Assembly: GCA_039810585.1 (NCBI GenBank)
Contig: JBDHXF010000001.1
Span: 89,223 to 153,222 of the forward strand
Length of the DNA: 64,000 nucleotides
Direction: 5' to 3'
Source of the DNA: Chlorobiota bacterium
GTDB taxonomy: Bacteria; Bacteroidota; Ignavibacteria; Kapaibacteriales; NICIL-2
Position numbers and translations under genes: made by a program. Shown one piece after another: positions 41,173 through 51,178 of this stretch. Every line of letters starts with the position of its first letter. Within the stretch, counting starts at the first letter, position 1. The notes below the pieces were generated by a model that had not been told where the DNA came from, searched no databases, and saw nothing but the letters and a program-made list of their open reading frames with translations.

Positions 41173-41601
41173 GGCTATTCAAATCTGAAACGTGCACACT
41201 ATCTGTGAGTTGATTTTCCCAGAGCGCCCAAGATCTTCGTACCAGAGTATCAGCTCTGAATATCTATGTCGCTTAATTCCATCGACTTACTCGCTCTGAC
41301 TGATGGAGAATTCGAAGGACAGCGCGAAATTTTATTGTACACATCTCATGCAATCTGAGCGTCGCGGAGATCATTTGAGATTCGAGAGCTGAGTACCATG
41401 ACGTAAAACTCGAGAGTCGTCACATGAGTGTCAAAAAGTTGCGTTCGTGCTTCGTCACGTCGGTGTCGCCAACAAGAGCAACGCCCTTCACGACATCTGT
41501 CTACACGGGTAAAAAAGTGTTTGCGCGCTCGCACACGACACGCTAATTTTCGAGGTATTCATCCAATATTATCCGTTATCATCCACTATTCAATTGCAAC
41601 C

Positions 41602-42240
41602 ATGAGCTTGCACCTTGGCGACACCGCGCCCGATTTCCGTGCAGAAACCACACAAGGCACGATCCATTTTCACGAGTGGATGGAAAACAGTTGGGTGGTG
41701 TTGTTTTCACACCCGGCGGACTACACTCCTGTCTGCACCACAGAGTTAGGGGCAACGTCGAAACTCAAGGATGAGTTCGATAAACGCAACGTGAAAGTGA
41801 TTGCGCTGAGTGTCGATCCAGTTCATATGCACTTAGCCTGGATTCACGACATCAACGAAACACAGCAGACGATCGTAAACTTCCCCATCATCGCCGATGA
41901 GGATCACCATGTGTCGAAGTTGTACGATATGATTCATCCGAATTCGAGTAGCACGGTTACGGTTCGTTCCGTGTTTATTATCGGACCGGATAAGAAAATC
42001 AAACTGATGTTGACCTATCCCTCGTCCACCGGCCGTAACTTCTTCGAGATAGTCCGCGTGATCGACTCCCTTCAACTCACGGAAAAGTATGCGCTGGCCA
42101 CACCGGCCGATTGGGAGAATGGCGAGGACTGTATCATTGTTCCAAGCATGAGCAACGACGAGGCTCGCAGCCACTTTCCGCACGGCTGGAAAGAAATCAA
42201 ACCTTACCTGCGCTACACAGCACAGCCGGACTTGAATTAG
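41602..42240 (+). CDS. 1-Cys peroxiredoxin (Prx6-like)
   Basis: PVCTTE peroxidatic-Cys motif and the conserved WIHD/HPN regions. Confidence 0.9.
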   Translation: MSLHLGDTAPDFRAETTQGTIHFHEWMENSWVVLFSHPADYTPVCTTELGATSKLKDEFDKRNVKVIALSVDPVHMHLAWIHDINETQQTIVNFPIIADEDHHVSKLYDMIHPNSSSTVTVRSVFIIGPDKKIKLMLTYPSSTGRNFFEIVRVIDSLQLTEKYALATPADWENGEDCIIVPSMSNDEARSHFPHGWKEIKPYLRYTAQPDLN

Positions 42241-42337
42241 AGTCTGCGTGACACCGATTCTTGTAACACCCTGTCGGCAGATTTCGTACTACGCCGGCAG
42301 GGTGTTCTGCATTTGTATCACTTAGGATTTTTCATCT

Positions 42338-44257
42338 ATGCATTCTGATGCTCTCATTGGAATCTTGACCATTGTCGTTCCCATTGTTCTCCTGCTGGTT
42401 TTTTACCGAGCAATCTTCAGACTCTTCGGAGTCGTGATTATACCGGAGAACAAGATTGGATTAGTCACCAAGAAGTTCGTGTTGTTTGGTTCACATCGAA
42501 CTATTCCGGAAGGACACTTTATCGCTGTTAACGGTGAGGCCGGATATCAAGCGTCTGCGCTTGCTCCGGGCGTGTATTTCTGGATGTGGTTTTGGCAGTA
42601 CGACGTCAAGATGCAGGATCTGACAATTATACCGGAAGGTAAGATTGGACTCCTCGTCGCTAAAGACGGCGCCGAACTACAAACCGGTCGCGTCCTTGCT
42701 CGCAAGGTGGAGTGCGATTCCTTTCAAGACGCCAGAGCCTTTATTGTCAACGGTGGCCGCAAAGGTCGCCAAACAGCCTTCATCACAACAGGAACCTATC
42801 GCATCAACACGTATGTGTTTGATGTGCTGCTTGCCGAGATGACCCATATAGCCGAAAGCAAGGTGGGAATTGTCACTACCTTGGACGGACAGCCTATAGA
42901 AGAAGGGCAAATAGCCGGTCGTCAAATCGAGCAACACAACAACTTCCAGGATGCTGATGCCTTTCTGGATGCCGGTGGCAACAAGGGATTGCAACCGCAA
43001 GTGATTTTGGCAGGATCCTACAATCTCAATCCCTGGTTTGTTCAAATAGAGCAAATCGCGATGACCGAAATTCCTATTGGTCACGTGGGTGTGGTGATCA
43101 GCTACGTCGGTAAAGACGGTGTGGATTTGAGTGGTGCCGAGTTCCGTCATGGCAACATCGTCGCCCGAGGCTACAAGGGTGTGTGGGCCGAGGCGCTTGG
43201 TCCGGGTAAGTATCCCATCAATACCTACGTGCAACGCACCGAATTGGTGCCCACCACAAATCTTGTGTTGAATTGGGCGTCCGCGCGGACGGAATCACAT
43301 CAGCTCGATAAGAATTTGTCGACGATCACGGTTCGTTCTCGCGACGGCTTTCCCTTCAATCTTGATGTATCGCAGATCATCCATATACCAAGCATGGAAG
43401 CACCGAAAGTGATAGCCCGTTTTGGAAATATGTCCAACCTGGTCACCCAGGTTTTGGAACCGACCATTGGCAATTACTTCCGCAATTCCGCTCAGGAAGC
43501 CGACGTGATCGCATTCCTCACCTCACGAAAGGATCGTCAGGAATCGGCAAAGGCACACATTTCACAGGTACTGAATGAGTACAATGTCTACGCCGTCGAT
43601 ACGCTCATCGGCGACATTGTTCCACCGGAATCGCTGATGAAAACGCTCACCGATCGTAAGATCGCGCAAGAGCAAACGGTTACCTTCGAAACTCAACGCC
43701 AGGCGCAGGAGACCCGGCAGAAGTTGGAAAAGGAAACCGCGATTGCCGACATTCAAAAGGACATCGTCAAAGCCGATCAAGGTGTGCAAATCGCCAAACG
43801 CATTGCCGATGCAGCCGTAGAAAAGGCCGGAGGCGAAGCACAGAGTGTCAAGATTGCCGCAAACGCTGAATCCGAGCGCACCAAGGTCATCGCCGGTGCC
43901 GAAGCAGAACGGACTCGTCTGATCGCCAATGCAGAAGCCGAACGCATTCGCGCCATTGCCAATGCCGACGCCGAGCAGATCAGCGTGACGGGTAATGCTG
44001 AAGCGGAAAAGATTCTTGCGATTGGTAAGTCTAACTCTGAAGCGTATCGCTTGCAGGTAGAAGCAATGGGCGGAGACAACTTCACGCGTCTCAAAGTAAC
44101 CGAAAGCATTGGTGCAAACCACTTGAAGGTTATACCGGACGTATTGATTGCTCCGTCATCGGGCGATGCGAGCTCTAGTGCCCTGAGCGGACTCCTAGGA
44201 TTACGCCTGATGCAGGACATGGCGCCTGCCCAAAAGTCAGACGCAGAGAGCGCCTAA
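42338..44257 (+). CDS. flotillin-like SPFH/band-7 family protein
   Basis: N-terminal TM and SPFH domain, followed by a C-terminal EA-rich coiled coil (AEAERTRLIANAEAERIRAIANADAEQ). Confidence 0.8.
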   Translation: MHSDALIGILTIVVPIVLLLVFYRAIFRLFGVVIIPENKIGLVTKKFVLFGSHRTIPEGHFIAVNGEAGYQASALAPGVYFWMWFWQYDVKMQDLTIIPEGKIGLLVAKDGAELQTGRVLARKVECDSFQDARAFIVNGGRKGRQTAFITTGTYRINTYVFDVLLAEMTHIAESKVGIVTTLDGQPIEEGQIAGRQIEQHNNFQDADAFLDAGGNKGLQPQVILAGSYNLNPWFVQIEQIAMTEIPIGHVGVVISYVGKDGVDLSGAEFRHGNIVARGYKGVWAEALGPGKYPINTYVQRTELVPTTNLVLNWASARTESHQLDKNLSTITVRSRDGFPFNLDVSQIIHIPSMEAPKVIARFGNMSNLVTQVLEPTIGNYFRNSAQEADVIAFLTSRKDRQESAKAHISQVLNEYNVYAVDTLIGDIVPPESLMKTLTDRKIAQEQTVTFETQRQAQETRQKLEKETAIADIQKDIVKADQGVQIAKRIADAAVEKAGGEAQSVKIAANAESERTKVIAGAEAERTRLIANAEAERIRAIANADAEQISVTGNAEAEKILAIGKSNSEAYRLQVEAMGGDNFTRLKVTESIGANHLKVIPDVLIAPSSGDASSSALSGLLGLRLMQDMAPAQKSDAESA

Positions 44258-44298
44258 CATCACAAAGGTCAGCTCGCTTTGATAGTCGTTATTCTTGT

Positions 44299-44331
44299 GG
44301 GTAGCTGTGTGCCTTCGGCGCACAGCTACCC
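44299..44331. terminator. 15-bp-stem hairpin between convergent flotillin and MOSC genes
   Basis: GGGTAGCTGTGTGCC-TTCG-GCGCACAGCTACCC. No clear U-run on either side. Confidence 0.45.
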
Positions 44332-44352
44332 GCGTGTAAGAAGAATCTCCTG

Positions 44353-45177
44353 CTACGTTAGCTCTTTCAAAGCCACCCGAACCGTATCCCCGGCGTGGAG
44401 CTTTCCACCAACCGATGCATGTACGACATATATCCCAAACAGTACTCGATTGTTGACGCTCCGAGTTTGAGCCAGGGTTCGTAAGGGCTCAGTGCCCGAC
44501 GTGCCATCTTGCTGATTGATGGTTGTCACCACACAGCGAGATGTGCTCTTGGTTTGCAGAAAGTGCTCGGTGCCGATCGTCCATGACTCAACATCATCCT
44601 CCTGCCAAGCGTCCAATCCCTCCACCACTATGTTCGCACGGAAGCGATCGATCGGCACGCTTTGATCCATGCGCGCGTTTAGTTCCGCCCAAGACGCCAC
44701 GTTCACGATGTGCAGGGGCTGAGAATCGCCGAAGTGCATAGCAACAGAGCGATTGAGTTGCTGTGTGTAGCGACTGTCAAGCAGTCTGTCTCTCTTTGTT
44801 GGGAGCCGTACGAGACGACAAGGGCGAGAAAAGCACATCGAGAGAAAGTGCGCAACATCAGGTCCCTCATCAATGGCAGTGCACCCGTCACCCCAAATCT
44901 CGACCATGCGAATTCGGTTTTGCTCTGACTGCAGTGGGACACGGTGCTCCGACATCTCGTCGAAGCGCAACATGAGATGTGCGTCGTTGAGTTCCGTGTG
45001 CATACGAGCCATCGCCGGCAGTTCGCGCTGCGTGAGGAATCGCCCCTGCTCATCCACCATCATCCATCGTCTATCGTACTCAAAGCCACTTTCGTCAAGC
45101 GTAGCAGATGTTACGGTCATACCACGCATAGACTTCACGGGATAGATGTGCAGAGACCGAACGCGTGGACCACTCAT
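44353..45177 (-). CDS. MOSC domain protein (MOSC_N beta-barrel + MOSC)
   Basis: SLHIYPVKSMRG...DRRWMMVDEQGRFLTQRE N-terminal signature and a conserved Cys in the C-terminal domain. Confidence 0.8.
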   Translation of the reverse strand: MSGPRVRSLHIYPVKSMRGMTVTSATLDESGFEYDRRWMMVDEQGRFLTQRELPAMARMHTELNDAHLMLRFDEMSEHRVPLQSEQNRIRMVEIWGDGCTAIDEGPDVAHFLSMCFSRPCRLVRLPTKRDRLLDSRYTQQLNRSVAMHFGDSQPLHIVNVASWAELNARMDQSVPIDRFRANIVVEGLDAWQEDDVESWTIGTEHFLQTKSTSRCVVTTINQQDGTSGTEPLRTLAQTRSVNNRVLFGIYVVHASVGGKLHAGDTVRVALKELT

Positions 45178-45184
45178 GGCGATA

Positions 45185-46957
45185 CTAGTTAAGGTGAACG
45201 GCTGCTGTTTCCATGCCCTTGCGTTCACCAATTTGCTGACGCCACATCGCGTAGTACAATCCCTTGTCGTCCAACAACTCGCGGTGCGTTCCTTGCTCCA
45301 CGATGTGACCACGTTCGAGGACGTAAATGCGATCGGCATGCATGATGGTACTGAGACGGTGAGCAATCATAATCGTGATTTGCTCTTTACGCTGAGAAAT
45401 TGAACGGACTGTCTGGGTGATCTCTTCTTCCGTCATCGAGTCCAGAGCGCTTGTTGCTTCGTCAAAAATGAGCAAGTCAGGCTGGCGCAGCAGTGCACGT
45501 GCGATGGACAAACGCTGCCGTTCTCCGCCGCTCACTTTCACACCTCCTTCACCGATGATGGTATTCAATCCCTTGTCGGCACGCGCAAGAAGCGAGTCGC
45601 ACGCTGCCTTCCGTAACACATCAAAGCACTCCTCATCGCTGGCTTGCGGATTTACGAATAGCAGATTATCACGAATACTCCCGCTGAAGAGTTGCGTGTC
45701 CTGCGTCACAAATCCGATGCGGTTTCGCAAGACGTCGAAATCAATATTGGCGGAGTCGACATCATTATACATCAACGAACCTTCGTTGGGGTGATAGAGT
45801 CCAACCAACAGTTTGACCAACGTGGTTTTTCCGCTGCCGGACGGACCCACAAAGGCTACAGTTTCTTTGCGATCCACATGTACACTTACGGCTTCAAGAG
45901 CGTTGTGCCCGGCGCTTTGATGACGAAAACTGACATCCTTCATGCGGATCGTTTCAATGCCACCGATGTCCCTGGGATTGTCCGGTTTCTTTTCGATTGG
46001 TGTGTCGAAAATCCCCTGCAAGTTATTTAGCGAAACCTCAGACTCCCGATAGATGTTGATGATGTTGCCAAGCTCCTGAAGCGGACCAAAAATGAAGAAG
46101 CTGTAGATGAAGAGAGAGAACATCTGTCCCACCGATATCTGCTTGTCGAACACGAGGTAGAACATCAGGAACAAAATGCAGGTGCGCAGAAAGTTGACTG
46201 TTGTTCCTTGAATGAAACTCAAGCTCCGGATGTATCGCACCTTTTTTAATTCCAAACCAAGAATCTTCAAGGTCACACCGTTGAGTCGCTTGATTTCCTG
46301 ATCGGCCAATCCGAGTGATTTCACCAGTTCGATGTTACGGAGCGACTCGGTGGTTGAACCGCTGAGTGATGTGGTTTCGCTCACAATCACTTTTTGCATC
46401 TTCTTTATGCGCTTGCTCATGCGAGAGCTCACCATCCCAATTAATGGAACGGTGCTGAAATAAATCAACACTACGGCCCAATGCACCGTAAAGGCATACA
46501 CGGTAACGAAGATGAGACCAATGATGGACGTAAAGAGAATGTTGATACCGGCGTTGACCAAACGTTCCACATCATTGCGCGCTTTCTGCAGAATACTCAG
46601 CGTTTCGCCGCTGCGTTGATCTTCAAACACAGAGTACGGTAACTTTAGCGAGTGTTGCAAACCGTCGGCATACATCTGAGCGCCAACCTTTTGCACGATA
46701 AAGTTCACGAAGTAATCTTGAAAGTTCTTGGCAACTCGAGACACGAAGGCGGCGCCAACAGAGAGTCCCAGCAGTCCAAGCACTTTCCAGACGAATTGTT
46801 GCAGACTCAAATCCGCATGCTTGAGCACCACATTGTCAATGGTCAAGCGGAATACATAGGGATCCAACAAAGAAAACACTTGATTGACTGCAGCAAGAAA
46901 CAGTGCCAGCAGAACCAAGCCTTTATACCCACGCAGATAATCGTAGAGTAAGCGCAT
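45185..46957 (-). CDS. ABC transporter permease/ATPase (fused exporter, MsbA-like)
   Basis: Six TM helices, Walker A GPSGSGKTT, signature LSGGERQR, Walker B LIFDEATSALD. Confidence 0.9.
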   Translation of the reverse strand: MRLLYDYLRGYKGLVLLALFLAAVNQVFSLLDPYVFRLTIDNVVLKHADLSLQQFVWKVLGLLGLSVGAAFVSRVAKNFQDYFVNFIVQKVGAQMYADGLQHSLKLPYSVFEDQRSGETLSILQKARNDVERLVNAGINILFTSIIGLIFVTVYAFTVHWAVVLIYFSTVPLIGMVSSRMSKRIKKMQKVIVSETTSLSGSTTESLRNIELVKSLGLADQEIKRLNGVTLKILGLELKKVRYIRSLSFIQGTTVNFLRTCILFLMFYLVFDKQISVGQMFSLFIYSFFIFGPLQELGNIINIYRESEVSLNNLQGIFDTPIEKKPDNPRDIGGIETIRMKDVSFRHQSAGHNALEAVSVHVDRKETVAFVGPSGSGKTTLVKLLVGLYHPNEGSLMYNDVDSANIDFDVLRNRIGFVTQDTQLFSGSIRDNLLFVNPQASDEECFDVLRKAACDSLLARADKGLNTIIGEGGVKVSGGERQRLSIARALLRQPDLLIFDEATSALDSMTEEEITQTVRSISQRKEQITIMIAHRLSTIMHADRIYVLERGHIVEQGTHRELLDDKGLYYAMWRQQIGERKGMETAAVHLN

Positions 46958-47127
46958 GTAAGAGCAGTAAAATGTGGCTCATGCTTGCCGTTGCATGAGG
47001 GAGTGAGGAAACGTCCCGCAATGACGTTATAACACCGACTTTCGTGGGACGCACTGTGCCGTTCGCCTTCGAATATAGCAGGCACAGCGCCCAGCAACAT
47101 GAGGAATCTGTGCTAAAACAAAGATTA

Positions 47128-49125
47128 TCACCGACTTCGGCCGTAATACGAATGCCTAATCATGTCATCGCTCACCCGCATCGCACGATGTAAATAATTC
47201 GTTCGGCCTTCGGCCAACGTGTCTCCAATGCAACGTCCGTCGTTTAGAATTACTACATTCTGCCGGGTGCTGAGTATGTTTTTACCTAAGCCTGCTTTGC
47301 TTTGTCTGAGGTCGATTCCAAGCAGTGAACATAGAGTTTGCATAAGATCTACCTGACCGCCAAAGGTGAGGCACTGCACTTCGGACAGACTCTTGTGGTA
47401 AATCATCAAGGGAATTCTCTCACTGCTATCGCTCAACCACGTTTGGGCCTCGACACCGGATGCCGACACATCCCTCAGATTTCGCACTTCGTCATTGTAA
47501 TACTTGTGTAAGGAGCAATGGTCTCCATACAGTACGACCAGCGTACTATCCAGGAGATGACGTGCCTCCAGAGTATCCAGCAATGCACCAATGTATTTGT
47601 CGCTGTAATGCACTGCTTGAGCATAGCGTCCCGCCATTGTATTCTGTAAACCGCTTCCCAGTTTGAGTTCCTGCTTCTCGTCCGGAAGTACAAAGGGCGA
47701 GTGCATGGTTTCGGTCACAACAAAGGCATACCATGGCGACCGCAGGGCGCTAAGAAACGAGAGATCCTGGAAGAGAACTGAGGAGTCTGACTGCATTCCG
47801 TTTATCATATCCGTTGGCGCATAAGAGGAAGCATCGATGCAGCGCTCAAAGCCGAGGTGAGTCAACGCGTCAGTCCAGTTGTAGTAGCTGGCTTTGTCGG
47901 ACTTCATAGCCACCGTGCTATACCCCGCGTCGCCAAGCAAGGTAGGCAGCGAGGGATAGCGGTTATGCGGAAAACGGAAAAACGCACATCCCTTTCGTGG
48001 CGGATAGAGTCCGGTATTCGTCATCAAATCCGCATCGGAGCTTGTTCCGTTGGCAACCTGTTCGTAAAAGTTGGAAAAGTAGATGCTGTGATTGCGAAGA
48101 GAATTGAGGCGCGGACAGATTTCTTGGCCTTCCACCTGCTGCCCAATCACACTCTGCTCGAGCGATTCGATTTGAATCACAAGCAGATTGAAGCCGCGAA
48201 AGCGGTCACGAAACAACGAGGTGTCAGCCTCGATGTGCTGTCCCTCCAGCGTGGCTTGTATTTCCGCCATATCGGCTTGACTGAGCTTCGCGTCACTGCC
48301 ATCGTTCCAATACTCCCAGGCATCCCAGAAGTGATAGGCTAAGGGCGAAAGCTTGTGCATGGTTTCGCTTTGCACAAAGCAGGTGTAAAACAGCGGATTT
48401 TCTCGAAAGTGCTCGTGGAGGCGATCGGCCACAACCAATGTGAGTACAATGAAGCTTACAAGGCTAAGCGAGAGCAAACGATGCGCCGAGCCCTTGCTCG
48501 TATGCTCGTCAGAATCTCGTGTACTCGTTGCACGTAGTGCCAGCCACAGGAGAATTGGCAGATCGACGACGAAGACTATGTCTGTATTTCTGGCCATGGA
48601 AGCTATGCTAGCTCCGAGGCCATGCAGGTTATCGCTCTGTTGCCAGGTGTACAACGACAAAAACATCGTGAAGCCGCGGTAGTACCACAGATCGCACACT
48701 AACAATACAGATACTACAAGGTGTACGATCACTATCCACCATATCCCTGCACGCGGTTTGAAAAGTAAGGAACCAAGGTAGGGCAAAGCCGTCACCGCAA
48801 ACCACAGGAGCATGTACATGAGGTGAAAAACAGGCTTCTCATGTGCACTGATGGACTGGGTCATCGAAAGAAACACAAGCACTTTCAGGTAACTCAGCAG
48901 CACAACCACCACAAGCACCCACCGCTCGGCAATGAGGTTACGAGCAGCTGACAAACGATTTAGGACATCATCGACCACAAAAAACAGGCGATCATTACAC
49001 AAACACTGATAAATCAGCCAATGAGGGGATTCCTCATAAAGACCCGCGCCTACAAACCACGGGCAGCTCACGGGCGGCTCCCAAGCTTGAATCAGGCATT
49101 GCTCCGTAAATTGCGGAACCATTGC
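47128..49125 (-). CDS. LTA synthase-family membrane sulfatase-like protein (phosphoglycerol/phosphoethanolamine transferase-like); start uncertain
   Basis: Five N-terminal TM helices followed by an extracytoplasmic alkaline-phosphatase-superfamily domain (LLVIQIESLEQ...). The track ORF runs to 49206 and would overlap the divergent acyl-CoA DH start. Confidence 0.65.
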   Translation of the reverse strand, partial: AMVPQFTEQCLIQAWEPPVSCPWFVGAGLYEESPHWLIYQCLCNDRLFFVVDDVLNRLSAARNLIAERWVLVVVVLLSYLKVLVFLSMTQSISAHEKPVFHLMYMLLWFAVTALPYLGSLLFKPRAGIWWIVIVHLVVSVLLVCDLWYYRGFTMFLSLYTWQQSDNLHGLGASIASMARNTDIVFVVDLPILLWLALRATSTRDSDEHTSKGSAHRLLSLSLVSFIVLTLVVADRLHEHFRENPLFYTCFVQSETMHKLSPLAYHFWDAWEYWNDGSDAKLSQADMAEIQATLEGQHIEADTSLFRDRFRGFNLLVIQIESLEQSVIGQQVEGQEICPRLNSLRNHSIYFSNFYEQVANGTSSDADLMTNTGLYPPRKGCAFFRFPHNRYPSLPTLLGDAGYSTVAMKSDKASYYNWTDALTHLGFERCIDASSYAPTDMINGMQSDSSVLFQDLSFLSALRSPWYAFVVTETMHSPFVLPDEKQELKLGSGLQNTMAGRYAQAVHYSDKYIGALLDTLEARHLLDSTLVVLYGDHCSLHKYYNDEVRNLRDVSASGVEAQTWLSDSSERIPLMIYHKSLSEVQCLTFGGQVDLMQTLCSLLGIDLRQSKAGLGKNILSTRQNVVILNDGRCIGDTLAEGRTNYLHRAMRVSDDMIRHSYYGRSR

Positions 49126-49161
49126 CAATAAGCATTCATTACCGTTAGAAAAGGGATCACC

Positions 49162-50331
49162 GTGGACGCCGACGCAACATTTGGATTTGAACCAACCGCA
49201 GAACAAGAAGCTATTCGAAGCGCAATTCGTGAGTTTGCCGAAAACGAGATTCGCCCCGTCGCCTCAGCCCTGGACGAAAGTCAGGAGTTTCCAACGGAAA
49301 TCTTTCGCAAGCTCGGTGAGTTGGGATTCTTAGGAGTCGTTATTCCTCCGGAGTACAATGGAAGCGGCCTTGGCTACATGGAGTATGCCATTATCGTGGA
49401 AGAAGTTGCTCGCGTGTGCCCCGCCGTGGCGCTGGGAGTTGCAGCCCACAATGGTCTCTGTACATCGCACTTGTATCGATTTGGCTCGGAGGCGTTACGA
49501 CAGAGGTACGTCACTCGGCTCGCAGCCGGCCAAACCATGGGAGCATGGGGTTTGACCGAAGCCAATGCGGGATCTGATGCCGGTGGCACACAGACGACGG
49601 CACGACGTGAAGGGGATGTATATATCCTCAATGGCTCCAAGAACTTCATTACTCATGGAAATGTTGGCGACATCGCGGTTATCATGGCAATGACAGATCC
49701 CTCTAAAGGCAAAAAAGGCATCAGTGCGTTTGCTATCGACAAAACGATGGAGGGTTTCTTCCCATCAAAGAAAGAGAACAAGCTGGGGATGCGTTGCAGT
49801 GATACTGCCTCGCTCACATTCGACAATGTTCGCGTTCCCGCTGATCATTTGATTGGTAACGAAGGAGAGGGATTCATCCAGGCTCTGAAGATATTGGACG
49901 GTGGACGAATTTCCATCGCAGCCCTTAGTGTAGGATTGGCACAAGGAGCTTTTGAAGCGGCAATGAAGTACTCCAGAGAGCGACACCAATTTGGCAAACC
50001 TATTGGAGATCAGCAGGCCATTATGATGAAACTGGCTCGCATGAGCATGGATATCGACGCCGCTCGCGTGTTGACCTACAAGTCGGCCTGGCTGCGGGAT
50101 GAGGGAAAGGAATTCGGGAAGACCGCAGCTCAAGCCAAACTCTTCGCTTCAGAAGTGGCCGTACGGGTCTCCGAGGAAGCCGTGCAAATTCATGGAGGCT
50201 ACGGATATATTAAGGATTTCCCCGTGGAAAAGTACTGGCGCGATTCCAAACTGCTCACCATTGGAGAGGGTACAAGCGAGATCCAGAAATTGGTTATTGC
50301 CAGAGCTGAGCTATCCTCCTTGCAACAATAG
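49162..50331 (+). CDS. acyl-CoA dehydrogenase (short/branched-chain type)
   Basis: GTG start with AAGGGA RBS. ACAD N-terminal, middle and C-terminal domains, with the catalytic Glu region (YWRDSKLLTIGEGTSEIQ). Confidence 0.9.
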   Translation: MDADATFGFEPTAEQEAIRSAIREFAENEIRPVASALDESQEFPTEIFRKLGELGFLGVVIPPEYNGSGLGYMEYAIIVEEVARVCPAVALGVAAHNGLCTSHLYRFGSEALRQRYVTRLAAGQTMGAWGLTEANAGSDAGGTQTTARREGDVYILNGSKNFITHGNVGDIAVIMAMTDPSKGKKGISAFAIDKTMEGFFPSKKENKLGMRCSDTASLTFDNVRVPADHLIGNEGEGFIQALKILDGGRISIAALSVGLAQGAFEAAMKYSRERHQFGKPIGDQQAIMMKLARMSMDIDAARVLTYKSAWLRDEGKEFGKTAAQAKLFASEVAVRVSEEAVQIHGGYGYIKDFPVEKYWRDSKLLTIGEGTSEIQKLVIARAELSSLQQ

Positions 50332-50492
50332 CAGATAGATAGGGCTTTTTCCATCAGTGTTGTGTTAATTTTTCTTTGAAAATTGTCGGGCAGGGTGTAA
50401 GTTGTCAGGACTGCAAAGGGGAACTCGCTCACGCCGACTTACGCGGGAAAAATTAATTGCAAATTCATTGAACTACCTGATGGGAGTAGGTT

Positions 50493-50876
50493 ATGTCGCG
50501 TAGCTTAAACAAAGTGATGCTTATTGGTAATGTTGGAAAAGATCCGGACGTCAACTTCACCGGTAGTGGAATTCCCGTCGCTCAATTTCGCTTAGCCACT
50601 ACAGAATCTCGTAAAGACAAAGAAGGTCAATACCAGGAACACACAGAGTGGCACACCATCATCGCATGGCGTGGTCTGGCAGAAATCATTCAACGTCTTG
50701 TTCATCGTGGCTCACGTGTGTACATTGAGGGACGTCTTCAAACCCGCATTTTTGAAGACCAAAGTGGGGTAAAGAAATACTTTACCGAAGTCGTTGCTGA
50801 CAATATGCTCCTCCTCGATGGCCGTCGACCCGACGAAAAGAACTCTCCGGTCGGCTACGCGTTCCAAGCCCGATAG
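50493..50876 (+). CDS. ssb: single-stranded DNA-binding protein, apparently truncated by a 43-bp insertion (lacks acidic tail)
   Basis: OB-fold MSRSLNKVMLIGNVGKDP...; ends ...DEKNSPVGYAFQAR with no DDIPF tail. Confidence 0.85.
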   Translation: MSRSLNKVMLIGNVGKDPDVNFTGSGIPVAQFRLATTESRKDKEGQYQEHTEWHTIIAWRGLAEIIQRLVHRGSRVYIEGRLQTRIFEDQSGVKKYFTEVVADNMLLLDGRRPDEKNSPVGYAFQAR

Positions 50877-50880
50877 AGAA
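50838..50880 (+). repeat. 43-bp exact repeat (copy in ssb)
   Basis: AAGAACTCTCCGGTCGGCTACGCGTTCCAAGCCCGATAGAGAA, identical to 55670-55712. Confidence 0.9.
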
Positions 50881-50952
50881 TCGGCGAGTACGAGTACCGA
50901 GTTCAGTCATGGGAACACCCAGACTGAAGAGAGCGACGATATCCCCTTTTAA
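50881..50952 (+). other. out-of-frame remnant encoding the canonical SSB C-terminal tail
   Basis: The +1 frame translates SASTSTEFSHGNPQTEESDDIPF-stop. Deleting 50838-50880 would join it in frame to ...RRPDE. Confidence 0.7.
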
Positions 50953-50978
50953 GAAAGCCTGTCGAGATCAATCCTTTC

Positions 50979-51009
50979 GGGGCCCTGCCAAACAGGGCCC
51001 TTTTCTTTT
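50979..51009 (+). terminator. intrinsic terminator after ssb
   Basis: GGGGCCCTG-CCAAA-CAGGGCCC followed by TTTTCTTTT. Confidence 0.7.
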
Positions 51010-51178
51010 CTGCACGATCACCCTTCGCACACTATCTCCCTTGCGCAACGTTTCACTTCGATGTTCGTGGACAAAAGTGACGGTTTTTATCGACCATTGC
51101 ATGAAGCGATGCATCATAGTTTTTTGTGCCTACTGCCCCGTGTCGTAGTTTGGCGCTCTTGTTTGTGAACAGGTTTCC

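Noticed and set aside
49126-49206. Upstream extension of the LtaS-like ORF across the acyl-CoA dehydrogenase start
   Set aside because: It would place two divergent start codons 45 nt inside each other. A downstream start for the minus-strand gene is more plausible, though not proven.
50909-51148. 79-aa ORF downstream of ssb
   Set aside because: Spans the ssb intrinsic terminator hairpin, has no RBS or motif, and is in neither the SSB frame nor the DDIPF-tail frame.
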